60,324 nucleotides of DNA from Klebsiella phage phi_KPN_H2, in sequence record OQ267593.1. One strand, 5' to 3'. The position numbers were made by a program, and so were the translations under genes. Below are positions 26,602-37,447 of this stretch, in pieces. The notes beneath the pieces are model-generated. The model was given only the letters and a program-made list of their open reading frames with translations, did no database searches and was not told the origin of the DNA. Within the stretch, counting starts at the first letter, position 1, and each line of letters opens with the position of its first letter.

Positions 26602-29517
26602 GTGGCCCAATATCCTATAGATATAAAGTTAGATACCGGGTCTGCTGACCGTGATCTAAAAAATCTTAATACTCAGTTAGATCAAACTGAGAAATCAACT
26701 ATTGCGGCTGCACAGGCTGCTAACCAGTTATCTGCTGCGGATCAACAGGTCGCTAAAGCATCCCAGCAATTAGCCCAACAACAAGTACAACAGGCTGCTA
26801 AAGCGGCTGCTGTTGCGCGTGCTACTCGTGAGGCTGCACAGGAACAATCACGCTTATTAGCCACACAGGGGGCTGCGGCGCGTGCTGCTGGTGAAACGGT
26901 CAATAACCAACAGAAGTTTGCAGATCTTGCTAAAACAATTAAACAAGCAACTGCTGATGAAAAGAAAGCAATTGACGATCTGACAAATAGCCTTAAAAAA
27001 CTGGATAGCCAGCAGAATAATACAAACCAGTCGGCACAGAAAACCAATACTGCATTTGACACTATCGCAACAGGTGTTAAAGGTTTTATCGGTTTACAGG
27101 TGGTCAGTACCGTAGCTGAATGGGGTAAGGCGTTTATCGATACCGCATCCCAGGTTGAACTTTTACAGAGTCGCATTCAGCTTTATTCAAATACATCTGT
27201 TGAAGCAACACAGATTTTTCAGCAACTAGTACAACAGGCTAACCGTGCGGGTACAGATATTAATGCTGTAGCCAACAGTTTTCAGCGTTTTGCGGCTGCT
27301 GGTAAAGATGCCGGGATCAGTAATCAGGTTATTCTGCAGTTCACCGACAACCTGCAGAAAATGGCGCGTATTTCTGGCGCATCTTCACAGGAAGCATCCG
27401 CTGCTATCTACCAGCTATCACAGGCGTTTGCATCTGGTCGATTACAGGGTGACGAATTCAGATCTGTTTCGGAACAGATGCCTACTGTTCTACAAGTGTT
27501 AGCAAAACAGTTAGGTGTAACTACGGGTGAATTAAAACAAATGGGTTCTGAAGGACTCATTACCCGTGACCAAATGTTACTGTTAAATAACGCCACCGAC
27601 GATATTAACGCACAGTTTGACCGTATGCCGCGTACAGTCGATCAGGCTGCTACCGCATTGCAGAATAATCTTTCCGTGGCTATCGCCGAACTGGATCAGC
27701 AGATCGGCGCGTCTAAATTTCTGGCGAAATTCCTCGATTTACTGGCAGGCGGTGTATCCGGGGTTACTGACCTGGTCAAAGCCGCTGGTGAAATTGATAA
27801 AATGGCGCAGGCTACAAATAACCTGAATGCCGTTACCAGTCAACGTGAATCGAACCTGAAAGAGATCGCGGATCTTGAGAAACAGATTCAGAATGGTTAC
27901 ACCACTCAATCTATCGGTGGGTATACCAAATTTGTTAACAGCACTGCTGATGCACAAAAACGGCTGACTGAGCTTAAAAAATTAGATGTTCAGTTAACAA
28001 AACAGCAGGCAGACGCACAGCGACAGGTAACACAGGCTACCCCACTGGGTAAAGGTGTTGCTGAAAATCTCGCGTCACAGGCAAGCCAGTTAGCATCGCT
28101 GAACAAAAGTGTCACGGCTGCTGGTCGTCCTGATGCAGATGCAGCCAAACAGATTAAAAACCTGCAGGAACAGTTTACCTATACTAAAGCGCTTGCCGAT
28201 GGTAACTACGAACTGGCCGCTGCTCAAAAACTGGGTAATAAAGCCACCAAAGACCAGATTTCTTCTTACGCTGCGTTACTGAAACAGCAGGCAGAGTATA
28301 AGCAAGGTCTTAAAGACGATAAAAAAGCCCAGTCAGAGGCCGCAGCGGCTGCTAAACGTGCACAGAAAGAACTGGAACGTAATCAGGCTGCGAATGAAAA
28401 ATATTTAAAAACACTCAACAATAAAGTTACTGCAGGTCAATATGATGTTCAGTTGGCCCGTGAGCAGGTTCAATTAAGTCTCACGCAGGGTGCATCAGTT
28501 GATCAGCTTACGGCAGCGTATCAGAAGTCCTATCAGGTACAGCAGCAGTTAACGCTACAGTCACAACAGGCAGAAGCACAATCACGCCTGAATAAAGATG
28601 CTACGGACGCTGAACGTAAAGCTGTAGATGAACAGGTTGCAGCGCTTCAGCGCCAGCAGGAGGCTAAACGCCTTGCTGCACAGGTTTCCCAGGTTCAAAG
28701 CGATGTTACCAGTACGCTTAACCCAGTTCAGGGACAAATGGACCAGATTAACCAGCAGGAAGCACAGCGTTTAACTGTTGCTGAACAGGCACGCCAACAG
28801 GATCTGATTAACGAACAGCAATACCAGGATCTGAAAACGCAGATCATGATGGCGGGTGAACAACAGCGCAATGATGTAATGACTGCTAATAATGCGATGT
28901 TGCTGGGTGCAACTGGCGATCTTTTTGGTGGTCTGGCTGATGTTTTAAAGAATGCGCAAGGTGAACAGTCAAGCATCTATAAAACGATGTTTGCTGCAAG
29001 TAAAGCATTTGCCATTGCGCAGGCGTCTGTTCTTCTGTGGCAAAACGTCAGTAAAGCAATGGCGATTGGTTTCCCTCAGAACATCCCATTTATTGCGGGT
29101 GCTTTAGCACAGGGTACATCTATTTTAACTAGCCTGTCGTCCGTGGCTGCAACTGGGTTTGCAACGGGTGGTTTAGTCACTGGTCCGGGTACAGGGCAGA
29201 GTGATAGCATTAACGCACGTTTAAGTAATGGTGAATTCGTCAGTACCAAACAAGCAACAAGTCGTTATCGTGATACACTGGAATCAATGAACCGTGGCAC
29301 ATATACACCGGGTTCTGAGGGTGGATCAGGAACTAACGTACAAGTTCATAACTATGCTGGTGAGCGTGTACAGGTTAAGCAAGGATTAACCCGTGATGAT
29401 GTAGTTCTGATCATCGGTGAAGAATTCCCGCGTCAGTCTGCCGCACAATGGAATAACCCGTACAGCCAGACTAACAAATCATTCAGATCGAATTACGATG
29501 TGAACAGGAAACTTTAA
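26602..29517 (+). CDS. tail tape measure protein
   Basis: About 970 aa, A/Q-rich coiled coil with a C-terminal glycine-rich hydrophobic segment. GTG at 26602 lies 7 nt after an AGGAGG SD; the track's TTG at 26596 is less likely. Confidence 0.8.
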   Translation: MAQYPIDIKLDTGSADRDLKNLNTQLDQTEKSTIAAAQAANQLSAADQQVAKASQQLAQQQVQQAAKAAAVARATREAAQEQSRLLATQGAAARAAGETVNNQQKFADLAKTIKQATADEKKAIDDLTNSLKKLDSQQNNTNQSAQKTNTAFDTIATGVKGFIGLQVVSTVAEWGKAFIDTASQVELLQSRIQLYSNTSVEATQIFQQLVQQANRAGTDINAVANSFQRFAAAGKDAGISNQVILQFTDNLQKMARISGASSQEASAAIYQLSQAFASGRLQGDEFRSVSEQMPTVLQVLAKQLGVTTGELKQMGSEGLITRDQMLLLNNATDDINAQFDRMPRTVDQAATALQNNLSVAIAELDQQIGASKFLAKFLDLLAGGVSGVTDLVKAAGEIDKMAQATNNLNAVTSQRESNLKEIADLEKQIQNGYTTQSIGGYTKFVNSTADAQKRLTELKKLDVQLTKQQADAQRQVTQATPLGKGVAENLASQASQLASLNKSVTAAGRPDADAAKQIKNLQEQFTYTKALADGNYELAAAQKLGNKATKDQISSYAALLKQQAEYKQGLKDDKKAQSEAAAAAKRAQKELERNQAANEKYLKTLNNKVTAGQYDVQLAREQVQLSLTQGASVDQLTAAYQKSYQVQQQLTLQSQQAEAQSRLNKDATDAERKAVDEQVAALQRQQEAKRLAAQVSQVQSDVTSTLNPVQGQMDQINQQEAQRLTVAEQARQQDLINEQQYQDLKTQIMMAGEQQRNDVMTANNAMLLGATGDLFGGLADVLKNAQGEQSSIYKTMFAASKAFAIAQASVLLWQNVSKAMAIGFPQNIPFIAGALAQGTSILTSLSSVAATGFATGGLVTGPGTGQSDSINARLSNGEFVSTKQATSRYRDTLESMNRGTYTPGSEGGSGTNVQVHNYAGERVQVKQGLTRDDVVLIIGEEFPRQSAAQWNNPYSQTNKSFRSNYDVNRKL

Positions 29518-29519
29518 TC

Positions 29520-30023
29520 ATGGCAAATACTGACGACTTACCACGGCTTGAATATGGGGGTGAAATGGTTCGCCCCGCCCGTGATAATTATAATTATAAC
29601 CCTCCATGGGGTGCGACTAAATCAGATATTGCCGGGACACTATCGCGGCTGGGACGTAGCGCTTTCGGTGGTCCGGCTGATGTTTCCTGTACTGTTCAGT
29701 TGCATAGTCCAGCAATGCTTCAGTGGTGGGACGATTTTTATAACCTTGAAATTGCAGAAGGTACGAAACGCTTCGTGATGGAACTGTTTGTTAACGGTTT
29801 TATTCAGGAACATGTCGTACAGATCGTATCACGACCAGCAGCAGTTACAGTAGGCTGGAAAGGAAGTATTGACCTGCAGTTGCAGGCAGTACCAATTATC
29901 GATCGCTGTGCTATGGCATCCCGCTTGCTCATCACTAAATGTCAGGGTGATCACTCATCTTGCTATATTAATGACTTGATTGAATTAGGTTTATCTCTCA
30001 ATAACGCCTGGACACCAGAATGA
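29520..30023 (+). CDS. distal tail / minor tail protein (putative)
   Basis: 167 aa immediately after the tape measure gene. Confidence 0.4.
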   Translation: MANTDDLPRLEYGGEMVRPARDNYNYNPPWGATKSDIAGTLSRLGRSAFGGPADVSCTVQLHSPAMLQWWDDFYNLEIAEGTKRFVMELFVNGFIQEHVVQIVSRPAAVTVGWKGSIDLQLQAVPIIDRCAMASRLLITKCQGDHSSCYINDLIELGLSLNNAWTPE

Positions 30024-30526
30024 AAGACGAACTGAAAGAACTATTGACAGTCGCCACAACGGGTAAAGGAGTGGTTGACGGCATAAAACTTAATCATAGT
30101 TCCTGGCCGCAGCCGCTTTATATCACCAGTGTTTACCCCGGCTTTACGGCAGTACATGAAGATGGTCTGGAATATGATTACGAATATATTCCTATGTCTG
30201 TTAAAAAAGCGAACAAGCAAAACGACTTATCACAGGATTATAGTTTCACTATTCAGGATCTGAACGAGGTTGTCGGGGTTTATCTGGACCTGATACCGCT
30301 TGATAGTGAAGAAAAACCATCGGTGGAGTTGCGAACCTTCGTGTATCGTGAGGACGGATCTATTTCTGATATTCAGGATGGTCCATATGTGCTCGAATCT
30401 GGTGATATCACCACAGAGCCGCAGGGGTGTACGTTTACAGCTACACCACCGATAACGAATTTTTCAGGAACAGGCGAGTTATACACGTTTGAACTTTTCC
30501 CTTCATTGCTGGCATATACATCATGA
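30020..30526 (+). CDS. minor tail protein (putative)
   Basis: 168 aa, coupled to the preceding gene. Confidence 0.4.
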   Translation: MKDELKELLTVATTGKGVVDGIKLNHSSWPQPLYITSVYPGFTAVHEDGLEYDYEYIPMSVKKANKQNDLSQDYSFTIQDLNEVVGVYLDLIPLDSEEKPSVELRTFVYREDGSISDIQDGPYVLESGDITTEPQGCTFTATPPITNFSGTGELYTFELFPSLLAYTS

Positions 30527-30882
30527 TCGGTGATCGTTATGATGTTGATAAATGGAATTGCACACATGAAGTCAGTCAGTGGTACAGATTAAATAACTAT
30601 CCTCATCAATTACAGAGTATCAACAGTAGTGAATGGGGTGTATCGTTCGTCAGATGGATGCGTAAGCGTTTTACACCACTGGTCAAGCCTGAACAGGGTG
30701 CATTAGTTTTAATGAAAAATCGCTGTTCTGGTGGGCTTCATGTTGGTGTATGGGATAGCGGTATGGTTCATCATTGCTATCAGCCTCCCGGTAATACACC
30801 AGGACAAACTATAAGAACACCTCTAAGTATAATAAAATGTTCTCATAAAGACGTGACTTTCTGGAGAATGAAAAATGTCTAA
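30523..30882 (+). CDS. tail tip protein, possibly NlpC/P60-like (lambda gpK-like)
   Basis: Contains DKWNCTHEV...GLHVGVWD, a candidate Cys/His arrangement. Weak call. Confidence 0.3.
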   Translation: MIGDRYDVDKWNCTHEVSQWYRLNNYPHQLQSINSSEWGVSFVRWMRKRFTPLVKPEQGALVLMKNRCSGGLHVGVWDSGMVHHCYQPPGNTPGQTIRTPLSIIKCSHKDVTFWRMKNV

Positions 30883-33412
30883 AGTTGTTTATCACACAGT
30901 GCCGATTGAAAAAGCTGAAAATGTTGATTTTGGTGAATGGTTGCTGAAACGCTGGCCTGTTGGATCCGTTCGCCCCCGTGGATTACTGATTTTTAAAAAT
31001 GACGAAAACATTACTCATGAATGGGTGAATAACCCGTCAGTTTTAAACGATCCTGATGCAACTTATCATATTTACGAATTACCACGCGGCGGTATTGTAA
31101 GCGCCATTACAGGTGTGATTGGCGCTATCCTCAACCCTATTTTAAAAATATTCACGCCGCAGGGTAACGTTTCGAATGCTACAATAAACAGTAAAATAAA
31201 GTCGTCGAACAACTCGTTACAGGGTCGTTCGAACGATTCCCGTCCCGGTGAACGAATTGCGGATATTCGTGGTATGGTCAGAGCATACCCGGATCTGTTA
31301 ATGAACTACAATATTTTTAAAGACGGCACTGAGTTTGAATGTCAGTTTCTTTGTCTGGGCGCTGGGTCATATGTTACCGATGAAATCAGCGATGGTGTAA
31401 CGCCCATTACAAACGTATCTGGTTCTCAGATTTCAATTTATGAACCAGGAACTGCGCCTGGGTATGGTTCACCTTCAAAGGTTATCAACGGGGTTATTGA
31501 TATTGCATCATTCCCCGTGGTTATCGCTAAAGAATCGAATGAAGTTGATGGCGCTGAACTATTCCCGCCGAACTATGCCGATGTTAGTTCCGGGAATGTA
31601 ACCTATACAATATATTCTACTGGTCAAATAGATGCCGTCAGCAATGATGATGATAACCCTATTAACTGGTCTGATCGTGTAGCGATTGGTGATGATTTTG
31701 TAATATCAGGTTTTATTTCACTAGAAGAACAAATAGTGGGTGGTGTACCAACAGGTTTATATTATCTACATGATTTAAGTGGTACATATCAGGTTACTGG
31801 AACATCTGATGACGGTGTATTACTAGACGTGTCTGGAAATTCGAACTGGTCTTTTCTTTCTTCCACTGGACAGGCACCTTATACGACTGTTTACGATGTT
31901 GGTGGTGGTCTGTACTCATTAAGTGCTTCATCTGGCGGTACTAAAATTACTTATAAACCGAGTATGGATACAACCCGCCCTTATAGTGTCGGCCCGTACT
32001 TAATGATTAATTCACCGAAAATTCTGGTGAATGCTTACGCTCAAAACGGTATTTATCGTCGTCGCTATTACATTACCCCGTTTGATGTAACTTTGCGTGT
32101 AACCGTATCTAATTATGATAATCCGTCAGATCCTGAATATACATTCGACTTTGTAGTTAAGGGATCGACAAGTGCTACAGGCGCGTCTTTATTATTTGAT
32201 AATCCTTATCCAGATGCAGCGTTTATCAGGATGCAACGTATCACAGATACAACATTAAACGAAAGTATTTCAACAATCGATACTGTTAAATGGCGCGATA
32301 TGTATGGTATCACTGATATTTCACCGCGCAGTTATGGTAATGTCACAACCATTCATTCTGTAACTAAAGCAACGTCAGCAGCTTTAAAACTAAAAGAAAG
32401 AAAATTAAACATTTTGGCTACCAGAATTTATAATGGTAGTCCAAGCAGTAATTTTGCCGATGTTGTTATGTCAATGCATCTTGATCCGCACTTCGGACGT
32501 CGTGATCTATCCACAATCGATGTTGATGCTTTATATGCCGTACAACAGCAGTTACTTGATTACTTTGGTGATCCTCGTGCTATTCAGGTTGGATATACGT
32601 TCGACGATAACGGGACCACCTATGAAGAAGCGTTGCAAACCATTTGTAATACGGTCAACGTAACCCCATATCAGGTGGGTAGCGTGCTTTACTTTTGGCC
32701 TGAGTTACCACAATCAGTATCTGCAATGCAATTTGGGCACGCGTTTAAAGTGCCCGATACTGATAAACGTACCCGTGCATTTGCACCACCTAAAGAATAC
32801 ACGGGTGTTCAGGTTAAATACTTTGACCACGATGAAAAATCATATCTTTACGTTACGATCGGCGAAGAAACTAACCTGAATAAAATAGATTTAGTTGCCT
32901 GCCAGTCAAAATATCTGGCTACAATCCGTGCTAATCGTGAGATGAATAAACTACGTTATCAGCGTATTACCCACGAATGCACCGCGCTTAGTATCGGGTT
33001 ACAGGCTACTCCCGGAATGCGCGTGGATATGATCGATAATACCAGAATGAAACAACATGAAGGTGTGATAGTTGATGTTGATGGTTTAACACTGACGTTA
33101 AGTGATCCTGTTGATTTTGTTACAGGTAATACATATTCAATCACGATAACAGGTCGTTTAGGCACGCTTGAAAACATCCCAGTTTCACCCGGTGATGATG
33201 AATTTACCGTTGTATTACAGTCAGCACCGACAGAAGAAATATACACCGGGTGGTTACAGGATCGGACCAATTATATCATCAGAACGGATGATGAACGTAG
33301 TAAGCTGGCAATGCTGGTACAGACTATGGAACCTTCAGGCGCTGACAACAACTATCAGGTAGGTTTAACGTGCATCAACTACGATGCACGTTATTATCAG
33401 GACGATGTTTAA
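30875..33412 (+). CDS. tail tip / central fiber (gpJ-like) protein
   Basis: 845 aa; last gene of the rightward tail module. Confidence 0.5.
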   Translation: MSKVVYHTVPIEKAENVDFGEWLLKRWPVGSVRPRGLLIFKNDENITHEWVNNPSVLNDPDATYHIYELPRGGIVSAITGVIGAILNPILKIFTPQGNVSNATINSKIKSSNNSLQGRSNDSRPGERIADIRGMVRAYPDLLMNYNIFKDGTEFECQFLCLGAGSYVTDEISDGVTPITNVSGSQISIYEPGTAPGYGSPSKVINGVIDIASFPVVIAKESNEVDGAELFPPNYADVSSGNVTYTIYSTGQIDAVSNDDDNPINWSDRVAIGDDFVISGFISLEEQIVGGVPTGLYYLHDLSGTYQVTGTSDDGVLLDVSGNSNWSFLSSTGQAPYTTVYDVGGGLYSLSASSGGTKITYKPSMDTTRPYSVGPYLMINSPKILVNAYAQNGIYRRRYYITPFDVTLRVTVSNYDNPSDPEYTFDFVVKGSTSATGASLLFDNPYPDAAFIRMQRITDTTLNESISTIDTVKWRDMYGITDISPRSYGNVTTIHSVTKATSAALKLKERKLNILATRIYNGSPSSNFADVVMSMHLDPHFGRRDLSTIDVDALYAVQQQLLDYFGDPRAIQVGYTFDDNGTTYEEALQTICNTVNVTPYQVGSVLYFWPELPQSVSAMQFGHAFKVPDTDKRTRAFAPPKEYTGVQVKYFDHDEKSYLYVTIGEETNLNKIDLVACQSKYLATIRANREMNKLRYQRITHECTALSIGLQATPGMRVDMIDNTRMKQHEGVIVDVDGLTLTLSDPVDFVTGNTYSITITGRLGTLENIPVSPGDDEFTVVLQSAPTEEIYTGWLQDRTNYIIRTDDERSKLAMLVQTMEPSGADNNYQVGLTCINYDARYYQDDV

Positions 33413-36400
33413 TTAGATTTTGAAGATGTATTGTTTAATAATACATCTTCAATCCTGTCCAGACGTCTGCGTTGATATGCAGTTTCCATAGCATTACATT
33501 CATCCATCACCAGTCTCCACTGGTCGACGGCTTCAGTTGCCTCCTGGATAACCCCGTAACCGGCTTCTTTAACAAGAACTTGCGTTTCCGGAGTTACTAC
33601 ATTTCCATCCGCATCATATTCAGCTGGTACGGTCTCATAAACAGCATCCCATGATTCAACAATAGCGTCCTGTGCTTCCTGGTAAACATGTACAATTAAC
33701 CCCCACTCAGTAGCATCTTCACCAGCAGCTTCAAATGCTTCAAGGATATCCTGGGCAATATATCCTACATGCCACCGTGCAGCCTCTTCCCCTTTCCCAG
33801 CAACGGCCCAATCGTACTTATACCGCTTGATGCTGATAGTGCCCCATATATCCAGGATGTTATCAGGAATACTTTCCTGAACAGGCTTATGTCTCCTGTC
33901 AGATACAACGGTAACAGCATTCTGCGTATAGATATTGTTCCATGGTAACGCTGCTGTACCAAGATTATAGGTAGCTGCCGCAGCAGGCTGTACACCGCGC
34001 GTTGTTGCTGTCCGGGTGAGCGTCAAACCTCCGGCAGTCACCATCCCTGTAGCGGTGAGCGTACTGGCCGATACGTTGTTAAAGTTCACATCGCCTTTGG
34101 TGCTGTATGCCGGTAATAAACTTTGGTTTATAACCAGCGTATCCCCGGCAGCCCCCACTACCGCATCGAGCACATACTTGTTAGTCGCGGTTCCATTGCT
34201 ATTCATCACTCGCGCATATACGCGGGTAGCGCCTGTATATGCCGTGGAAGAGCCAGACGCCACATATGCAGGGATCCCCATTGCGATATACGGAAGGCTG
34301 CCTGATGGCACAGTAATCGTAGTGCGCCCGTTTGCGGAATCCACTGAGTCTACTGTCACATTAAAGGTCTGCTGATACTGGCTACCCAACGTCATCCCGC
34401 TGGTGATGATTTGCGGGATCGGATTTCCTGTCGCGCCCAGCGTCGCATTGTACTTGTAGTCGTTGGAGTGTTTATCGACTGATATCCACGGATAAACGAT
34501 GTCACCTGGTTTAAACAGCCCACCACCCGGAGACTTGATGTAGCCATTGGTGTAGTTACCGAATACGCCAGCCATACCAGATTCCGGCTTGTAGGATAAT
34601 CCGGTAGGGAATACAGGTACACCACCAGTAAAAGCCTGAATAGCTTTCAGTACGATTGGCTTACCAGATGCAACCGTGATAACCAGGTTCTGCTGTGGTG
34701 TGAACGTGCCTACGCCGTCGTTCGCGTTCCACTTGACGTTCGGGATGATCGCCAGCTTATAGCCGTTACCGAAGTCGATACAGCCTTCTCCGCGCGACAT
34801 CACCAGGTTCCCGTCAACTGACGGCGTTTCCACCCCTGCAATTGATTGCCAGATAACAAAATTTACCGGGTCAAAGCTCCCCGTTAAGTCTTTGTACCAG
34901 ATACAGATATTAGACCTGTATGCAGGTGAGTGCATTGGGACATACAACGTTCCCGAGTTTACCTGTAACCCATACGGACTGATAAACTCTTTTGTCTCTT
35001 TGTAATCCCTTAGATGGTCAAAATCCACACTCCCGGCTGCACCGCCATACAGCCCGTAGGTTCCATATTTAAAGTCATATCCACCATGCAGGAAAGCTCC
35101 TACATCATGAACAGGCGCACCAATACGCGTAAAGTTTATGCCGTTATATGAGAAGTTGTTGTCGTTGTATAACTCTGGGTACACCCAGTTGCCGTTGGCG
35201 TCATAGTGTCCAAAACACCCATCCTCGAAAGTGATATACGTCCATGAGGAAACCGGTTTGTACTGGTGTGCGATCCCATCAATGATAAGGCCCAGCGCCT
35301 TCGAATAGGTTGGGTCACCCATCTGCTTACTAACAACGAAGAGATTAGGGGTGTGTTCCAGGTAGTTGTTAGTGAAAGAATGGCCACGGCAGTTGGTGTA
35401 AATTACACCCTTACCTGGGCGTTTTGTTTCATCAGAAATCTGCCCGTGGCTAACGGTCAGGTTCACCCCAGACATTCTGAAACCCGCGCCAGTGACTACC
35501 AGGAAGTAGTCTGGTCGTTTAGCATCTGGTCCTTCAATCCAGGCAGCACCATCACACAGGCTTCCTCCTTCCCATGTGGACCAGTCAGTCATAATTTGGG
35601 CCAAACCTTCACGACCCCAATCGAGGAAAACGTTTTTGCAATACAACCCGTAGAAGTTACCAAAAGTAACACCAGCATCACTAGATGTTGGCAAGTCGGT
35701 TGTAATCAGGCCGGAATTGATAACCCCACTGTTTGCCGGGCGGGCAACCAATGGAAGCTGGAAGCCGCGCGCGTGGATATTCTCAAGGGTGACATACTCC
35801 GGGTTAATCAGGAAGAATGCCGAGCCAGCAGAACATACAGATTCTGAAAGAGAAACTTTGTGGTCACCAATAATTTTAGCATTAGAAATTTTGGTATACC
35901 CGGCAGCTACCGCACCCCAATACTCCTGCTCCCCAATTGCCGCGTAAACTTCGTCGATATCTTCATACGAGTGCTCGAAGCCATTAAGCCACTCACCTGT
36001 AACTGAGCGCTTATATTCGTTAGCAGCATATACGTATATCACCGACCCCGCACAATCGTAATCGGCGAACTTGCGGAATTTAGCACCTTTCTTGGAGATT
36101 CGGTAACTGCCCCCGGTTATTTTAATATAAACTTTCTGAGCAACTACCGGCGCTAACAGGTCATCGTTAGACAGTGAATATGTGTCTGTTGGGCTGATTG
36201 TGTACAGTATGCCGTTAATAGCTTGCCCAAGGCAGGTGGTGCTTGCCGCACTTACATCTGAAATGAGGCTGGAGTTATCTCCGCCAGTGACACATACCGC
36301 ACCATTGCTTCGGGCATCAACGTCGCTTCCGACATTCACTTTCAGCTGATATTCGACACCGTTGGCGTTGTAAATCTTCGCCTGAGTGATAAGGTGGGTT

Positions 36401-37095
36401 CCTGCTTTTGATGCGTCAGTGTTTCCGGTAGCTACCCATGTACCCTCCCCTCCATCATTAGGAGAATAAAATCCACGAACACGAATGGATGAGTACGTGT
36501 CGGTTGAACTGAGTACAGCTGATACAGATGGCAGCCACTGGCCTAACTGGTACTGCACTTGCTGTCGGATATCATTATCTCCGATAGCTACAAGATGAAG
36601 TGAATCGCTCGCCCAGGAAGTAGAATCATTCCCGGTTGTCGTAAACGGAACGTCAGTATTGGCAGCAAGTCGGTACGCTACTCCATTGTATACGGTTACC
36701 TGGCTGCGATTTGTAAATGTAACTGGCCCATCAATATAATCATTCAGCCACGAATAGCCTGATGCTGCGAGCATATCGTTGAATTCGTCTCTTTGTTCTG
36801 TAATCTGAGAAACAAACTCGTTTTCCTGGGAGATCAACTGATCATTAAATCTTGTTTGTTGTTGATCAAGTTGTTGATTAAATTCTGTTTCACGCTCATC
36901 TTGCGCAGTCTGAAACTGTGCTTCCATTCCGTCAAGTGTCAAGTTCGTTACTTGCTCACCACGGATAGTATCAGTTACAGTTAAAGCATGTGCACCATTA
37001 GCATCTTTGCTTTTAGCAACATGTTCAATGTGCTGGACTGCTTGTTTACCTGTTTTAAGGTCGTCAGCATTGATATAATCACTGCAATTAGCCAT
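33409..37095 (-). CDS. tail fiber protein with C-terminal intramolecular chaperone (peptidase S74-like) domain
   Basis: 1228 aa. N-terminal heptad region, a long beta-rich body, and C-terminal ...SDRRHKPV...WHVGYIAQD..., which resembles the autocleaving chaperone domain of T5 pb1 and K1F endosialidase. Confidence 0.65.
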   Translation of the reverse strand: MANCSDYINADDLKTGKQAVQHIEHVAKSKDANGAHALTVTDTIRGEQVTNLTLDGMEAQFQTAQDERETEFNQQLDQQQTRFNDQLISQENEFVSQITEQRDEFNDMLAASGYSWLNDYIDGPVTFTNRSQVTVYNGVAYRLAANTDVPFTTTGNDSTSWASDSLHLVAIGDNDIRQQVQYQLGQWLPSVSAVLSSTDTYSSIRVRGFYSPNDGGEGTWVATGNTDASKAGTHLITQAKIYNANGVEYQLKVNVGSDVDARSNGAVCVTGGDNSSLISDVSAASTTCLGQAINGILYTISPTDTYSLSNDDLLAPVVAQKVYIKITGGSYRISKKGAKFRKFADYDCAGSVIYVYAANEYKRSVTGEWLNGFEHSYEDIDEVYAAIGEQEYWGAVAAGYTKISNAKIIGDHKVSLSESVCSAGSAFFLINPEYVTLENIHARGFQLPLVARPANSGVINSGLITTDLPTSSDAGVTFGNFYGLYCKNVFLDWGREGLAQIMTDWSTWEGGSLCDGAAWIEGPDAKRPDYFLVVTGAGFRMSGVNLTVSHGQISDETKRPGKGVIYTNCRGHSFTNNYLEHTPNLFVVSKQMGDPTYSKALGLIIDGIAHQYKPVSSWTYITFEDGCFGHYDANGNWVYPELYNDNNFSYNGINFTRIGAPVHDVGAFLHGGYDFKYGTYGLYGGAAGSVDFDHLRDYKETKEFISPYGLQVNSGTLYVPMHSPAYRSNICIWYKDLTGSFDPVNFVIWQSIAGVETPSVDGNLVMSRGEGCIDFGNGYKLAIIPNVKWNANDGVGTFTPQQNLVITVASGKPIVLKAIQAFTGGVPVFPTGLSYKPESGMAGVFGNYTNGYIKSPGGGLFKPGDIVYPWISVDKHSNDYKYNATLGATGNPIPQIITSGMTLGSQYQQTFNVTVDSVDSANGRTTITVPSGSLPYIAMGIPAYVASGSSTAYTGATRVYARVMNSNGTATNKYVLDAVVGAAGDTLVINQSLLPAYSTKGDVNFNNVSASTLTATGMVTAGGLTLTRTATTRGVQPAAAATYNLGTAALPWNNIYTQNAVTVVSDRRHKPVQESIPDNILDIWGTISIKRYKYDWAVAGKGEEAARWHVGYIAQDILEAFEAAGEDATEWGLIVHVYQEAQDAIVESWDAVYETVPAEYDADGNVVTPETQVLVKEAGYGVIQEATEAVDQWRLVMDECNAMETAYQRRRLDRIEDVLLNNTSSKSN
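33420..33452. repeat. perfect 13-bp inverted repeat TTGAAGATGTATT-GTTTAAT-AATACATCTTCAA at the convergent junction of 30875..33412 (+) and the tail fiber gene (-)
   Basis: Reverse complement checked by hand. Lies within the 3' coding end of the fiber gene. Confidence 0.7.
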
Positions 37096-37123
37096 CTTTT
37101 AACCCTCGTGGGAGTGTGGAACA

Positions 37124-37447
37124 ATGTCCGATAATCCGGTATTGAAATATTGGCCTATCATAACATTTATTGTAACTGGTGCGGTAGGTTTCGGCGTACT
37201 CCAGCAGCAGGTTAACGCAACGGCTAAAGATGTAGCTGACGCAAAGGTAAACGCCAGCAACGCATACAACCTCGCAAAACGTATTGAATCCCGTGTTGAT
37301 GTTCACGATGTAAAATTAGAGTATCAGGCTGTTCAGAATACTCAAATCCTTTCCAGCGTCAAAGAACTTACCCAGTCTACTAACGATCTAAAAGTCGTTA
37401 TCGAAGGTCTTAAAAATCAACGCCGTACAGAAGGTGACAGAAGATGA
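37124..37447 (+). CDS. holin candidate (single N-terminal TM helix plus coiled-coil periplasmic domain)
   Basis: First gene of the lysis cassette. Confidence 0.4.
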   Translation: MSDNPVLKYWPIITFIVTGAVGFGVLQQQVNATAKDVADAKVNASNAYNLAKRIESRVDVHDVKLEYQAVQNTQILSSVKELTQSTNDLKVVIEGLKNQRRTEGDRR

